A stretch of DNA of 64,000 bases from Cycas panzhihuaensis (Eukaryota; Plantae; Cycadophyta), in contig CM041465.1 of NCBI GenBank assembly GCA_023213395.1, forward strand, positions 105,717,741 to 105,781,740. Direction: 5' to 3'. The notes below the pieces were generated by a model. It worked only from the letters and a program-made list of their open reading frames with translations, had not been told where the DNA came from and searched no databases. Position numbers and translations under genes: made by a program. Below, piece by piece: positions 26,527-40,070 of the stretch (position 1 is its first letter; each line of letters opens with the position of its first letter).

Positions 26527-29500
26527 GTAAGTATGTTGCTGCATGGCCAATGCGAGCTTCTGGCCGATATTTCTCGTGGAATTTCTTTTCCTTTATATAT
26601 TTTTGTGTCTAAGAAGTTTCAAACAGGTTCCACTGCCAAGCTCCCATATTCCGTGTATCCGCTGTTCTGACAGTGGATTTTCACAGCCGTTTATGTTACA
26701 TTAAGCCAAACCTCAGTAACAACAATCTGCGATGACAGTCATTTGTTATACACAACGACCGAAATTTACTTCAATGTAACAGCCCGTGTGAATCAACTCT
26801 CTGTAATCCACAAATCTGAAGTGATACTTCCTTTGACTGCTTTTTGGGGGCGTCTAAGAGTGAATTCGCACGGTCCATTATATTAAATTAAATTTCCGTG
26901 ACATTGATTCGATCGATCCTTAGTTTCAGTAATAGTGAACGAGCTTCTAGCTGGCTTCCTGCAAGTCGCAGTATTGGTATGCAAATTCTGTAAATTACCG
27001 ACCTATGGCTTGAACGCCGCTAGAATTAAAGTCATAGCGTGCCAACTGACTCATTGCAGTCCTATTGGGTGGACAACGCGAAAATTAAAGTCATAGCATG
27101 CCAAACGACTCTAAATTTCGGCACTTCAGCGCCAAATGACTCTAAGTTCCACTAGTAGCTTGCCAAACGATGTAAATTTCAGTTATATGGAATCAGATAG
27201 CTTCGAAATTAAGGCAAACATCAGTAATATCGTATCAAACGATGCCGATTCATAGCAAATTTCAGTAATATTGCACCGAATGGCCCTAGATTTCGGTTAT
27301 AGCATGCCGAATTGTGTAAATTTTAGTAATATCGCATCATATGTTTCAAAATTTTGAATTATTTTCTTAATATGGTGTCAAGCTTGAAATATACGTATAT
27401 TTCTGTAAGCAGACAATATTACAACAGTTGCAAGGCAATTCATTTCATTGTTGTTGAATCAAACTATTCCAAATCAAGGTAATAGCGTGCCAAATGACAT
27501 AAATTTCAGTAGTATTGTGTCAAATTACTCTACAATTAAACTAAATTTTGGTATAATGTCCCGAACAACTCTAGATTTTGACAATAGTTTGCCAGATTAT
27601 GTGGTTTCGCTAGTATTCAGACGGCACTAAATTTCAGCTAGTATACCAAGTGACTTAATCTGTTGCAGGATCACTGAAATTTTCTTCCATCTAAGTGCGT
27701 GAACCACCCCGAATTCCATATTTTGTTCCTGAAGTGGCGAACCGATTTCTCCTTTTTCTGCAGGTGTTTCATGTGCTTCTGGTTCTCAGCTGCATCAATG
27801 AAATTGGATGGGCAAGCACATATGGCATAGAGGAAAGAACCGGGAAGTTTAGAACCTACAGTTCGCACTTGCAGCTGGAGGGAGCTTGCAGAGAAAAAGG
27901 GGCTTTGTTATCTAGACCTCACAGTGTAACTATTACTGAATTTGGGGCCGTTGGGGATGGACTGACTCTTAATACACATGCCTTTCAGAATGCCATCTTC
28001 TATCTTCGCTCCTTTGCTGACAAAGGTGGTGCGCAGCTCTTTGTGCCCGCGGGAAGGTGGTTGACAGGAAGCTTTAATCTCACAAGTCACTTAACACTCT
28101 ACTTGGACAAGGATGCTGTCATTCTTGGAGCGCAGGTGATTACTTGCACTGTTTTTCCTGTTTTCAGCCTCCGGTCTTCATGGAAGTAGAATATTTAGTG
28201 GATGGTAGTCAGGGACAACAGGAGCTGGTCTAATTGTTAATGGATGTTATTTGCCAACCGTGGTAGTGAGTTCAATCTCCATCGAGTTTCACTATGCTAT
28301 AGATCCCATGGTCTCCACAGATTGTACCCAACTACATGGAAATGGGACCCAATAACCTATATGGTTGTTTACTTGCCACGTTTTCCTTTTCTTAAATGGT
28401 AGCCATGTGCCAAGTTAGTTGGGATGCTTTGTTGTTATGAGGATTGAGTCCTCTTTAATCTGGGTTCTGCAGGGAGGAGGGAGAGAGATGGACAAGTAAT
28501 TGAAAACAGTAAATAAAACTGAGGAAGAAAGCTAAGGTGAAGGAAACTAAGAGGTGAACAACAAAACACAGGAAAGCTCACAGGATTGTAGCAACACTGC
28601 TAATTTCATGCACAGCTTGTACCCATTATAAGGGAGAATCAGAGTCCCTTCCGCTCATCTCTCCACCTCATGCAAAATGATAAGAGGATATGACCAAGGG
28701 ATAGAATGAGCAATTTCAGTGGTTAATACTTTGAATATGCAAGGAATCAAAAGCACTGATGAGGGTGGGATCCAAAGGAGTTTCTATAGTTATAATATAT
28801 CTGGTTCTTTCAACATGATTTTTCATGCTCTTGCCCATTAACATTTTTCTCATTTTATTGGCAGGATTCAACACAGTGGCCAGTGGTTGACCCTTTGCCA
28901 TCATATGGTCGAGGCAGGGAGCTACCTGGTGGAAGGCACTGTAGCCTAATAAATGGGTACAACTTGACAGATGTTGTCATAACAGGTGTGAAATCCTTTT
29001 CCATATGATACTCTTCAAATTTGGATTAAAAAATGCGGCCTGTGTTCGTGCTTTCAATTTGCCATCTTGCCTGAAATAGGTTTCATTTGCAAAATTTGTC
29101 AGACTAGGTGGCTTTAGGAAGAAGTGGTAAAGATGTTGTACCTGCATTTACATGGCTTCTGTTAGTTCGTTATAAGTGCTGAGCATCACCTTTGCATATT
29201 CATTTTCACAGGTGATAATGGAACTGTCAATGGCCAGGGAGCTGTTTGGTGGGATTGGTTCCATAATCGTACCCTGAATTACACCCGTCCACACCTTGTC
29301 GAGCTGATGTATTCAACTGATGTTGTTATTTCAGATCTAACATTCTTAAACTCGCCATTCTGGAATATCCATCCTGTATACTGCAGGTTTGCAGCTTGAA
29401 GTGTATCATTTTTTCTAGTTGGGTGCACATTCTACAGTATCATTTTTGTGTATTCTGTTTACTGATCTCTGTATCCAATCAACTGCAAGTAGCTGTTTCA

Positions 29501-32500
29501 ACTTTTTTAATGGGATCATCAGTTGATTTTTGCTATGGTGAATGTGCAGCAATGTGCACGTTCGGAATGTAACCATCCTTGCACCGCTGAATTCACCTAA
29601 CACAGATGGAATTGATCCGGGTGAGATGAATCTCCCTTTTTTCTTTTTCTCACTGACTTAAGTTATATGAACTTGGCAAGATTTATTTTCTTAGAGTCTA
29701 CGGAAGTGTTTTGGATTTTTGTTTCAACAATTTACCACTCCTAAATTCTCCCTCATCCAGTCTAATTTCTTGAGATAGCATGATAATATTTTCAAGGATA
29801 ATTAGTATTGTGCTTCACATGACAACTTTGTCAAACATTAAAGATTGATCTTGATTTAAATTTTCTTAGAATTGGAAGCTATTGAAGAATTGGAGGCTAT
29901 TGGACCCCACATCCTTTTCATAATGTTTGAGTTCATTTAAAATTTTGCATGAACCCCTGGTGACAAAACTCTGGTCCACAACTGATTCCACTTTCTCAAT
30001 AAATAACTGCATTGGTCAAAAAACTGATCTCAATGACTAAGAAGCTGTGTGAATTGGCCTGTGACCATTTCTCAAAGGCATCCTAAATGCTTGCAATAAT
30101 GAATTTGACATTTTTGCCTAAGTGACCTCAAAACCACAATTTTAATACAATTCTGGTCCTTCCTATATAACTGAATACTCACATATTTCAATTGTCACAG
30201 GCCTTCTAAGCATCAATCTATTTGTTCCACAGACTCACCCTAGTTAAGATTGTACAATGTGTGATTTCTTTAAAAATATAGAACATATAGTATTAGTGAC
30301 AGAGCAATCAACCTTAAAATCCCATTAAGTAAAGGAGCATTTTGCATTTAACTGCCTATTTTGCAGATCATCTCTGCAAATCTTAACTTTCATTTCACAA
30401 TAATTTAGAAATGAATTATATTTCTTTGAATGCATATAGACTGACTAAAAAGGGAAGCATAATATCTGAAGATCTCCAAGGTCACAGAGACCCAAATTTC
30501 TTGTTGTCAGGTATACTCACCCATGCCATTGGGGCCTATGTAGGGTTGTGTGTCAAAGCAATATGACTCCTCAATAATAAAACTTGCTAACTTCAGTTCA
30601 TAAACGCCTTTCTTTAGCCTCTAGATCAACCCCATTTTGTTTATGGAATGACATAATATGGTAGGCAACCTATTTCAGTGTGAAAACTGTGTTATGGAGA
30701 CAGAATACACATCCCATTCTGTAATGCCAAAAAATTTTAAAGGGGTAAGAATCATAACAGATCTTCACCAACACCAGATTTTCTAGTGGCAGATCAAGAG
30801 CTTTTACAAGGAGAATGAGCATATACTCATAAATATAGGAATCAACCCAAATATTGTTTACAAAGACCATCATTTTATTATTGCATTTAATCATAGAAAG
30901 GTAAGGCCCCTTAGAAGAAATTTTACAAGGGGAATAGGCACATACTCGTAAATATAGGAATCAGTTGGAATTATGCTTATCTAGAGTATCATTTTATCAT
31001 TGTCTTTAATCATAAAGAACCATAAAAATATCGGGGCTTTTGATGATGTTCTATGGTGGTATTTCTGGGACATTAGCAGTGGCATCTTTGTTAGTGTAGG
31101 AAAAGTGAGAGCCATGGCAGCTATAAGAATTAAAAATTACAGGGGATTTAGGAAAAGGTATAATTAGCATAAATCTGCAAATGATCAAACTAAGCATAAT
31201 ATATCATCCACTTAATTTAACCAATACACAAGATATAACTTTAACATAATAGTGAACCATTGATATTTGAAAGATACACCTCACTTCAGATGCTATGTCC
31301 AGGAACTGCAACTGAATGCAAGCATTGGTCATTCAGGGTCAAGTGGAGAAGCTCTGCAATAAATGGACACCTGAGACCTGCCACAGCCAGCTGTGGAGTT
31401 GGGGACAGGGTGTCTGCAAACCTCACGGATATTGGGATCCTAAGGGCAAGCAACTGTAAAGCCACACATAATATTTGAGCCATGAAGTAGTTGGACAGCC
31501 TGCAATGGATGCAGGCAGAAGTTAGTTCAAATTGTCCTTCACAAGAAGGCATGTGCCCATTGGATGCTGAATCAGCAAATACTGTTTTGTCCCAGGTGCT
31601 CCATGAACAATTCCTGATGGTGGGATTGTTTGACTGCCAATCTGTCACATGCAATCATTGTGAAGTTGATTTGCCTGTCTGTCAATCCATTCAATCCTCA
31701 GGGTAAAGGGTTTGATTCTGAGCAACACTATATCTGATCAGTGCAATCCAAATTATATAATTAAACAGTGACCAAATCAAAATTAATGGTGAGCCTTATT
31801 GGTCACCCTGTCTTCTCACCGCCACCCACAACACCAGACCTCCCAAAAGAATAAAAAACAAAAAATCAACACTGACTATTTGAATAATCAAAATAGTGCT
31901 GCTCTATTTTCTGAAGAGTTTGGTGCACTTTGAGGGTTGCTCTATGGGGAAACTATCTGGTCGGGGTCATATATCACCTATCATTCTAGCTGTTTGAAAA
32001 CAATCTTGATTGTTTTCATAGGAAAGATTGGATATGCATAAACAATCACAATTGACATTAATTGGCTTAAGACACTTTTCATCAATTTATTGTTAAAATC
32101 TAGGTAATTTCAGGGCAATCAATAACACTTCTTTATGGTTGCCATCATTGTGACTGCTCTCCACAATCCTTTGTCGTTTCCACCATCCTTTCTGAAAGTT
32201 CATTGCTCACTGTCTCCCCCTTCAATTAAGGTGAATGCTTCCCATATAAGTGGCTTCATTGTGTCCGCCAAGAGAATGAACATGCTATATGTTGTTGAAG
32301 GTAACACCACTTTTCTTATTGTTTCTGTGTTCTGCAGTAACAATACCATTTCCTTCGAATCTGCAGGTTGATTCATAACTGTCTCCCTTTCATGAAGCTG
32401 AATACTGCCTAGAAGAGTGGATCATTGTGAATGTCAAGAAAAATGACATATTGTAGGTCGTCCAAGGTGATAGCACCTTATCACCTTCTAACAGTGACCA

Positions 32501-35500
32501 GTGAACCTTGCCCACTGATGCTTTACCAAAATTTAGAATGCTAGCTTAATGTCATCTTGTCACTGCAGCTGCCTTGTTATCACTAGTTAGATACCATAAA
32601 GAAGAGCCAGAACATCAGGCCTAGTTTGAGGACCCATCTTGGGTCTGGTGTCCTCTATTTGCATAGTTGCAACCCCTATCTTTTGGTCGTTAGTTGTATG
32701 GGACATGGAAAAATTAGTGTTCTTTTTCATTCCCAATCAACATTGGATCACAAGTTCTATGGAACATGACTTCAAAGAATTCTGCAAAGATGTGAAGAGG
32801 AGATTCCATTTCAAGCAAGCCATAATAATAGAAGTCTGCTTTCCCCATGACATAATCAGATTTTTTCTTGTACCCTCTCTGAAATTTAAACTGTTGCTTC
32901 TATTTGCTTCTGTATCTGCCTTTATAAGCCTTAAAATAGAAGCATTCATCTTTCATCTTCTTTTCTAGGGCTGTTATTGTATGTTGGCTAATTTGTATAC
33001 TAACATGCCAGAGTAGGTATGTGGCATTCATGCATTACATTGTTCACATCTCCCTCAGTATGTGTGAAGTGATGTTAAAGGTACAGCACACATTCTAAAC
33101 AGGGCTGTGAATCCTCCTTCATAACCTTGCTACTGCTCAGAATGGATAGGACTGAATCGATAATGACTCGCTTCTGGATAGAACAATGGATTATGAATGA
33201 TTGATGATTCTAATCACCAAACCAATCATTTTAGAATGCGCTACATTGGCCACAGGAATAGAAGTCATCCTTATGTAGGTAGGACACCCAGTTGCCTTTA
33301 AAAGTGGAAAACTGCTTAATAGAGAGTGGCTCAAATCAACATATGATAAAAAAATGCTAGCCAATATGCATGCTCTCTCCAAATTCTGTTAGCACTTCCT
33401 GGCAACAAATTGCAAGTCTGCACAGATCATGAAAGGCTCAAATACTTTCTTCACCAGCAACCCTCGATTCTTGAACAACAAAAATGGGTGAGCAAAATCC
33501 AAGCTTTGGATTTTGGGAATGTGGTGGTAGATGCATTAGTTGGGAGATGAAGTTACCCTCTGCATAGCATTTGTAATTATTCTTGGCTGGATATCAGAAA
33601 CAGAGGCAGAGTATGTACAGTATGAAGATACACCCAAAACAATTGAAACCTTACAACATGGACAAGAAGTAACAGGAAACAAGTTTCAATGCAAGGACAT
33701 TATTTTATGATACAAAGGCAAATTTTCTCTAGTACCATCATCCGAGTTCAACAGACATATCTTACATGAAGACCACTCTGTTCCAAAAACAAGACACTCT
33801 GGATGTTTCAAAACTTACTAAAAAATCCAAGAGTCCTTTTATTGGACAGGAATGAAGACAAATCCAGATATATGTGGCAGAATGTGGGACATGCTAGACA
33901 CAAAAAAAGTGATCATGTAAAATTATCAGAGTTGCTCCAATCGCTACACGTTCTATGGATTTCTTGACAGGAAGGTTTAGGTTAAAAGGAAGAGATGGTA
34001 TTAACATATTATCATTTTGTTGTTGATAGACTTACCAAACATACCCACTTCATATGCATACAATACACTTTTAAGTGAAATAGAAGAAGACTCTATGAAA
34101 GGTGTATGTTGTTTGCATGGGTTGCCTAAAGTCATTGTAGCTGATATAGGGCCCTAAATTCACAAAGGAATTTTTGGAAGAAACTATTCTGACTAGCGAG
34201 AAGAACACCAACAATGAGCAATGCATACCACCAGCAGAGTCATGGACAAATGGAAGCGGTGAAACAAATGCTCAGAAGGTTATGTATGAAGCTTTGCCAT
34301 AGATAAACAAAGGACCTGGCATAAGTAATTTTATCTTGCTGAGTGGTGTTACAACACTAGATATAATGGCCCCATTTACAGTCCTTTACAAATACAGAGC
34401 CTTAAAAAGATACATTACTACAGAGACCAAAATGCTAGCTGTAAAAAATCACTTGCAACAAGCCCTAGCCATCACCCAAATCCTCGAGGAACATTTGAAT
34501 ATGGTATGAAATTGGATGAAATGGCAAAAGGACCAACACCATTCTGAACCTGATACTGCTAGAGTCATCATGCCTTAAGAAGAAGCTTGGCAATCAGGTT
34601 GTCACAGACAAAACTACCTGAATTCAATGAAGAAGTGCAAATGATTCTAAAACTGGAAAAGTATCATGGAAAAATAGACTAGGATACTCTGAATCAAATA
34701 GATCACAGAATCCTTGGTCAAATGGAAAAGCTTGCAAAAGGAAGATGCAGCATGGGAGACACAGGCTTTCATACTGCACCAGCCAAAGGCTGACACTGCA
34801 CTGCTTTGGGGGCAGAGCATCCTTAGAGTGGGGGTTTCTGTATTATGACAACCAATAAATGGGCATATATGATCAGCCCAATAAATGAAGCACAACAGAG
34901 GTCATCCAACCTCATCATGGAGGATAGGAAGTATAAATAAGTGACACTCACTCCCATCTGAATGTAACAGATCTTGGTAACCCTTGGGCACAGCTCACAA
35001 GTCTTGCCCATGGGGTATATAATATGTCAGAAGGGCATTGAGAAGCATGGTACAATAATTTATGTGCAGGCACTAGATTAACATGTATAGCTCTTAGGAT
35101 TTGAACCCGACTGTTGAGCCCTTTGAAATGGCATTGCCTTCATTGCTTAATGAAAACCTTGGGTATGGTTCAAATGCTCTTCAGCTGTATTGCAAGAAAT
35201 GGCATCACGCTGTCATCTTCCCTTAAATTTATTTGGAAATTTTTACAGTCAGGAGGACTGAAAACAACAAAAATTGTTCCAAAAATATTCGTTAAAATAA
35301 ATCATATTGGCTCTATTTTTGGTTTACAAGAGCTGCTCTGCAATTGTCTTTGACTACTGAACGGTGCTTGAAAGTTTGTTGGCAGTCATTGGGAGGGCTG
35401 ACCAAAGAACAAGAGGGAAAATGAATAGATAGAATGGAAGGAGAGGAGGAGGAGGAAATGTGGTGAAAAAGACTCGAGCATATTGTCTACAATTCTTTAT

Positions 35501-38500
35501 ATTTATTTCTTGGGAATGCCTGATTCATCATTTCTTATTTTCTAAAAATCTGAGGGTTGTTTCTTGTTTTTGTCTGCCACTTTCATGCTTTCATCATGAA
35601 CAACATGGGACTATTGTAACAATTCATCTTACTCTCCTAATGCATTGTCTATGACCAAAAGCTATCTAATAGGATACTGCTCTCCAACTACTCACTCCAC
35701 TACCTATCCACTTCTATGTGAGATCATAACAGACCATTGAATTATACCACCAGCAGGATGCATTGTACCAACCATGGCCACAACTACAGATTCCATGCTT
35801 CAAAGGAATTTAATGATACTGTGATTGATGTCTAGACATCTGAGTCAAAGCCATAAATGGGTTTGGAAACAGCAATGCCCAAGTATAGAAATTTGAGTAC
35901 GAAAGCATTGTTTCCCCACTTCTTCAAAGTTTTTCGCTAATGTATATCCACTGGTTCTACAAGTGTAATATTGATGAGCTGATTGATTATTGGAGCAAAA
36001 TTCGTGGTAATGCCAATCTGAATGCTTTCTTATCTTTATGCTTTGATGTTGCTGAAACCAAGTCTCTAGGATTTGCGAGTATGGGAACCTGGTGTGACAT
36101 TCTAAAACATGTCTACCTGAAATAGGGTGCAGCTGTTTTGCTGTGGCGCTGGGTAACTAAATGTGATATTGCTTAAGTTGGAAATTTTTAGTGCATATAT
36201 GGTTGTTGGCAAATGGCAAAAAGCAGTAGCATGGGTTGACTGTGCCTTCTGCATCATTTCCTGGGAGATCACATTTAGCCTTCATATGTCTTGGATTTCC
36301 CCAGATGTGCCTGGCTTAGCTGGATGCAGCATGAGTGTGCCCTGGGACAGAAGAATCCACCCCCATCCCCACCTGGCATGCCTGTCCCTATCTCCAATCC
36401 TGGTGCAAGCACCCTAGTCTATGCATGCATGCACACTGTCACACTAAACTGAAGTGAATCTAACTTGGAACTGAACAGCCTGTATATAATAATATAGAAA
36501 ATTCCATCTTCCAAGAGAGAAACATGTAACATTCTATTTGTTTTACTCCACACTGCATAACTGTAATACAATTGTGGTAAATCTAATTAGTCTTCTCTCA
36601 AAAGAGAGGGTTAGTCTGTCAATAGGCAGTTATTATTGTCTTTTTTCAATAGGGAAGGCCAACCCTGTCACTAGCTAGCCAAACCTTGAGGAAAAGCCAA
36701 AAGGGTACAAATTTTAGGATGTCATTCGGGGGCTACCAATTGTGATATTTATGTTGTTGTGTGACAAACAGTACTGCATTGGCTAACTTAAGTCCTGGAG
36801 TCCCGATTGCTGCCCCTAGTCACAAGAACTGGTACATAGGCCCTATGGTTCACATTTTGTATGTGCCAGAATCACAAACGACAGTTTTGCACCAGATGGG
36901 GATCCTGCTGCTGTTGATTGCAATCCTGCTGTGTTTCCATAATATTTACTAAAATTTATGTATTATAGATAGATAGATAGATAGATAGGTAGATAGATAG
37001 AAATTAATTAATAAATTTTTGTATATACAACTTGGTTCCTAACCACGAATCTTTTGCGATTCTCGATTCCTAATGTAAACGGCATACTGCATCTCTTATG
37101 ACTTGGGTCCCAACAAACTGAGGATCAAAGTGGGGTTTCATTCTATGTCCAACTGTCAAACCAGCCCCATGAAGACCAAACACTTCCGCTACAATTACCG
37201 ATTTATAACAAGAATTCCTTTTTGACGACTGATACATGTGTTACTCACAATTGAAGAGGCTTGTATATTGCTCCATGAGGACTAGCCTACTACTCAACTT
37301 ATATGAAACATGAGATATCTTAGCCCAGGGAGCCCAAGGCAGCCAGCTTATATGACCTTCTGAAACACAACTTACATGATTGAGTTGTAGAGGAAAGATG
37401 CTAGAAAGGAAAGGAGTCTCTGGCCATGTTCTATACAAATCCAGCTTCGGTTCTGAACTTCGATATGTACACTTTAGCTGTTCCTAGCACAAGAACTCTC
37501 CCACAAACCTTCATTTCTTCTCATTTTATAGTGCTTCAAAACATAAATCAAGAAACATCTGTATAACTAGGTCATTGCTTAGGAAGCTCGAGTCTCTCTT
37601 GATAACTGAAGGGACGTACTATTTGTCATCATACTTATAAATGTCTCGAGTTACTCTTAAGGCTGACCCACCTCGTTAGCGCTATAAAGCTTGTATCGCT
37701 GGAGCAAAGGGCAACTGTGTCAAGTGCATTACTGCAGCACTTTTAACTCTTTTCGGATCTGGTTTCTGTTGCTGACAACTGTATTATGAACAACCATAGA
37801 CATGCTGATGACAAGCTTACATTAACTCTGTCACCTCTTATTTACAAGTATTCTTATTTGAGTGTTATTAACAGTGTGATCTCGTGGGAATGGAATCACA
37901 ATGGTTCATGATGACTTTAATTGTAACATCAGTCTAGGCATTATTCTATGGCCTTCTGTTCTCCTACTGGCATCAGAATGGGAGCATTGTTGATTTTTAT
38001 GATAAGGCATTACTTCATATTTTGTTAATAAAGCATCGATTCAATGTTTTGTAGTTTTTTATATGCTTATTGTGAAATGATTACTGTAGTTTGTGGAGCA
38101 ATGTATTCAGGATTGAGTGGTTTGCAAGAGCCATTTTGTGATTTCTCTTCCACAACTTTAGTCACTGGAAAAGTATAGTGTTGAATATGCTTGAGGACAA
38201 TAATATCTCATTTTGTTGTGCTTTTTTTCCCCCCAGATTCTAGCTCTTATGTATGCATTGAGGATTGCTACATCAGAACCGGTGATGATGCCATTGCAAT
38301 CAAGAGTGGATGGGATGAGTATGGTATTGCTTATGGGCTTCCTAGCTCTAATATCATTATCCACCGTGTGATTGGAGAGACACCCACAAGTGCTGGCCTT
38401 GCTTTGGGCAGTGAAATGTCTGGGGGTGTCACTGATGTGCATGTGGAGAACTTTCATGTTTATAATTCAAGAACAGGTATCAGGCTGAAGACAGCTCCAG

Positions 38501-38901
38501 GCAGAGGGGGCTTTGTGAAGGATGTCTTCATATCGAAGGTGACAATGAAGGATGTACAGATTGCTTTTGCTTTCACTGGGTCTTATGGTGACCATCCTGA
38601 TGATCACTACGATCCGAATGCTCTACCAGTGGTAGAAAGGATAAGTTTTAAGGATATTGTAGGTGATAATATCTCAATTGCTGGAGTCATAAAGGGAATT
38701 AAGAAGTCTCCATTTACAGGTATTTGCCTGTCACATATTTCTTTCAATGTCACCTCAGAATCTGCCTGGAACTGTACAAATGTGGAAGGCTTCTCTGAGT
38801 CAGTCGTTCCACAGCCATGTGCAGAGCTTCAACACCAATTCCCTGATGATCCATCTGTATGTGCTTCTTCTCAGGTCAGCAATTCAGGCATAGACCTGTA
38901 A
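26515..38901 (+). CDS. Glycoside hydrolase family 28 polygalacturonase-like protein (clade E type), 471 aa; join(26515..26526,27764..28135,28865..28985,29212..29386,29550..29620,38237..38901)
   Basis: All introns are GT-AG with consistent phases (0,0,1,2,1). Total 1416 nt, open to TAA. Signal-peptide-like start MRSLVFHVLLVL; motifs FGAVGDG, GSFNLTSH, SPNTDGIDPD, GDDAIAIKSG, GSEMSGG, GIRLKT. Confidence 0.95.
27020..27657. repeat. Degenerate ~30-bp minisatellite in intron 1
   Basis: Recurrent unit near AAATTTCAGTAATAGCGTGCCAAATGACTCT, roughly a dozen diverged copies in two blocks. Confidence 0.7.
27764..28135 (+). CDS. Polygalacturonase coding exon 2
   Basis: Acceptor tttttctgcag, donor CAG/GTGAT; VFHVLL...DAVILGAQ. 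Confidence 0.95.
28865..28985 (+). CDS. Polygalacturonase coding exon 3
   Basis: DSTQWPVVDPLPSYGRGRELPGGRHCSLINGYNLTDVVITG with AG/GT boundaries. Confidence 0.95.
29212..29386 (+). CDS. Polygalacturonase coding exon 4
   Basis: DNGTVNGQGAVWW...RPHLVE...NSPFWNIHPVYC with AG/GT boundaries. Confidence 0.95.
29550..29620 (+). CDS. Polygalacturonase coding exon 5
   Basis: NVHVRNVTILAPLNSPNTDGIDP, containing the catalytic NTD motif. Confidence 0.95.
33150..34840 (+). mobile_element. Old Gypsy (chromovirus-type) RH-INT-chromodomain remnant inside intron 5
   Basis: GHPVAFKS, MHALSKF, TDH-like, QQKWVSKIQA (RNase H); MDFLT, VVDRLTK, LHGLPKVIV (integrase); LVKWKSLQKEDAAWE (chromodomain); purine tract near 34825-34834. 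Confidence 0.8.
36966..37001. repeat. (TAGA)n microsatellite
   Basis: About 9 units with one variant. Confidence 0.9.
38237..38901 (+). CDS. Polygalacturonase coding exon 6 (terminal)
   Basis: Acceptor tttttttccccccag; DSSSYVCIEDCYIRTGDDAIAIKSGWDEYG... to TAA. Confidence 0.95.
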
Positions 38902-39079
38902 CCAAGCTTCACATATTATCTGTGATTGATTTTATCCTTAACGATTGCTAGGTTAGTGCAGGATCCCATTATTCATGCATTTTTGATGAAGTTTTTGTAC
39001 AATGGTCAGTGAGGTAGTGGTGTCAATACCATTCACAATTATGTTCTACTGTTTGCCTTATTCTTCCCTGATTCCACAT

Positions 39080-39085
39080 AATAAA
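39080..39085 (+). terminator. Candidate polyadenylation signal AATAAA of the polygalacturonase gene
   Basis: AATAAA about 180 nt after the stop codon; positional evidence only. Confidence 0.3.
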
Positions 39086-40070
39086 GTTCAACTCATCTCT
39101 TAGTATTAAATCCTGCATGCCTGATTTTATTTTTAGAAGACATTGCTTCCACTGGAAGTCCATACAATAACTGTCCCTACACCATGTCAACTGTGACGAG
39201 ACAAAATGGGGATTGATTGCCTGCTCCAGCTGGTCGATAAGGTAGAAGCCTGTAAGAGTCTCCAGGCATCTGCTTCTAACAAGTTTCTTGTAGCCAATTG
39301 AGCATTATTCCAGAGTTGGGATTGGTCAATGGTAAGGTTGGTGATTTTCTCATGGGAAACTTTTTGCTTATTCATTTATTTCTTGCCTTTAAGCAAGAAC
39401 TGTCAGCCTAAAATTTAACTGTTGGCCCTTGCAAATCAGATGTACCCTTCTTTTTGGCTTTGATGCCACCATGTACAGCTCCATTCTTGATTCTAATACT
39501 GGCGAGGTGATTTTTGAAGTGTTGGCCTTCTATCTTGTCTAACTTTGAAGTTTCAGTTTGTGGAATTGGATGATCATGGGGAGAACTGTCAGACCCCTTT
39601 TCTTATTACTTGAGGAATCTCCTTAGTTTATGGTTTGCTCAGTATTCCTCTGGCATATGGGTTAAGCAGCAGGAGATTGTTTTTGTCTGTAAACAATGCT
39701 AGTTGCTTTGGACCGTCCAGGGTGGAGGTTGTAACAGGTGTTTAATAATAATTTGTTCTGTTCAAGAATGGGCTATGAAATTGGCTTCATATGTACTCCA
39801 CAAGGACTTTCTCCACAAAACGGTGGTGGATTCATCATCCCTTACATTGCTATCCAGTCATCACATGTACTTAACAAAATGATGGTGGGTTCATCAGCTT
39901 CATAACCTCTTGGCTTACATATTTTTCTCAACTTTATTAAGCAGTATTTCAGAAGATATCAATTTTGCTTTGATTGTAACATAAGGGCGGTCTAGTTTTT
40001 TATCATGACCTCAAAGATATTTGAAAAATGGGGCCTTTGAACCTTGCAAAAAGGACCTGGGGTGCATGTC

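Noticed and set aside
27695-27763. ORF-track N-terminus MREPP... as the protein start
   Set aside because: Begins at GTG inside the intron and runs through the polypyrimidine tract; a better ATG exon exists at 26515.
31260-31706. Overlapping 70-120-aa ORFs in intron 5 as a nested gene
   Set aside because: No recognisable domain, splice structure or consistent strand.
38191-38236. 236-aa ORF as an independent gene
   Set aside because: It is the last polygalacturonase exon plus intronic read-through.
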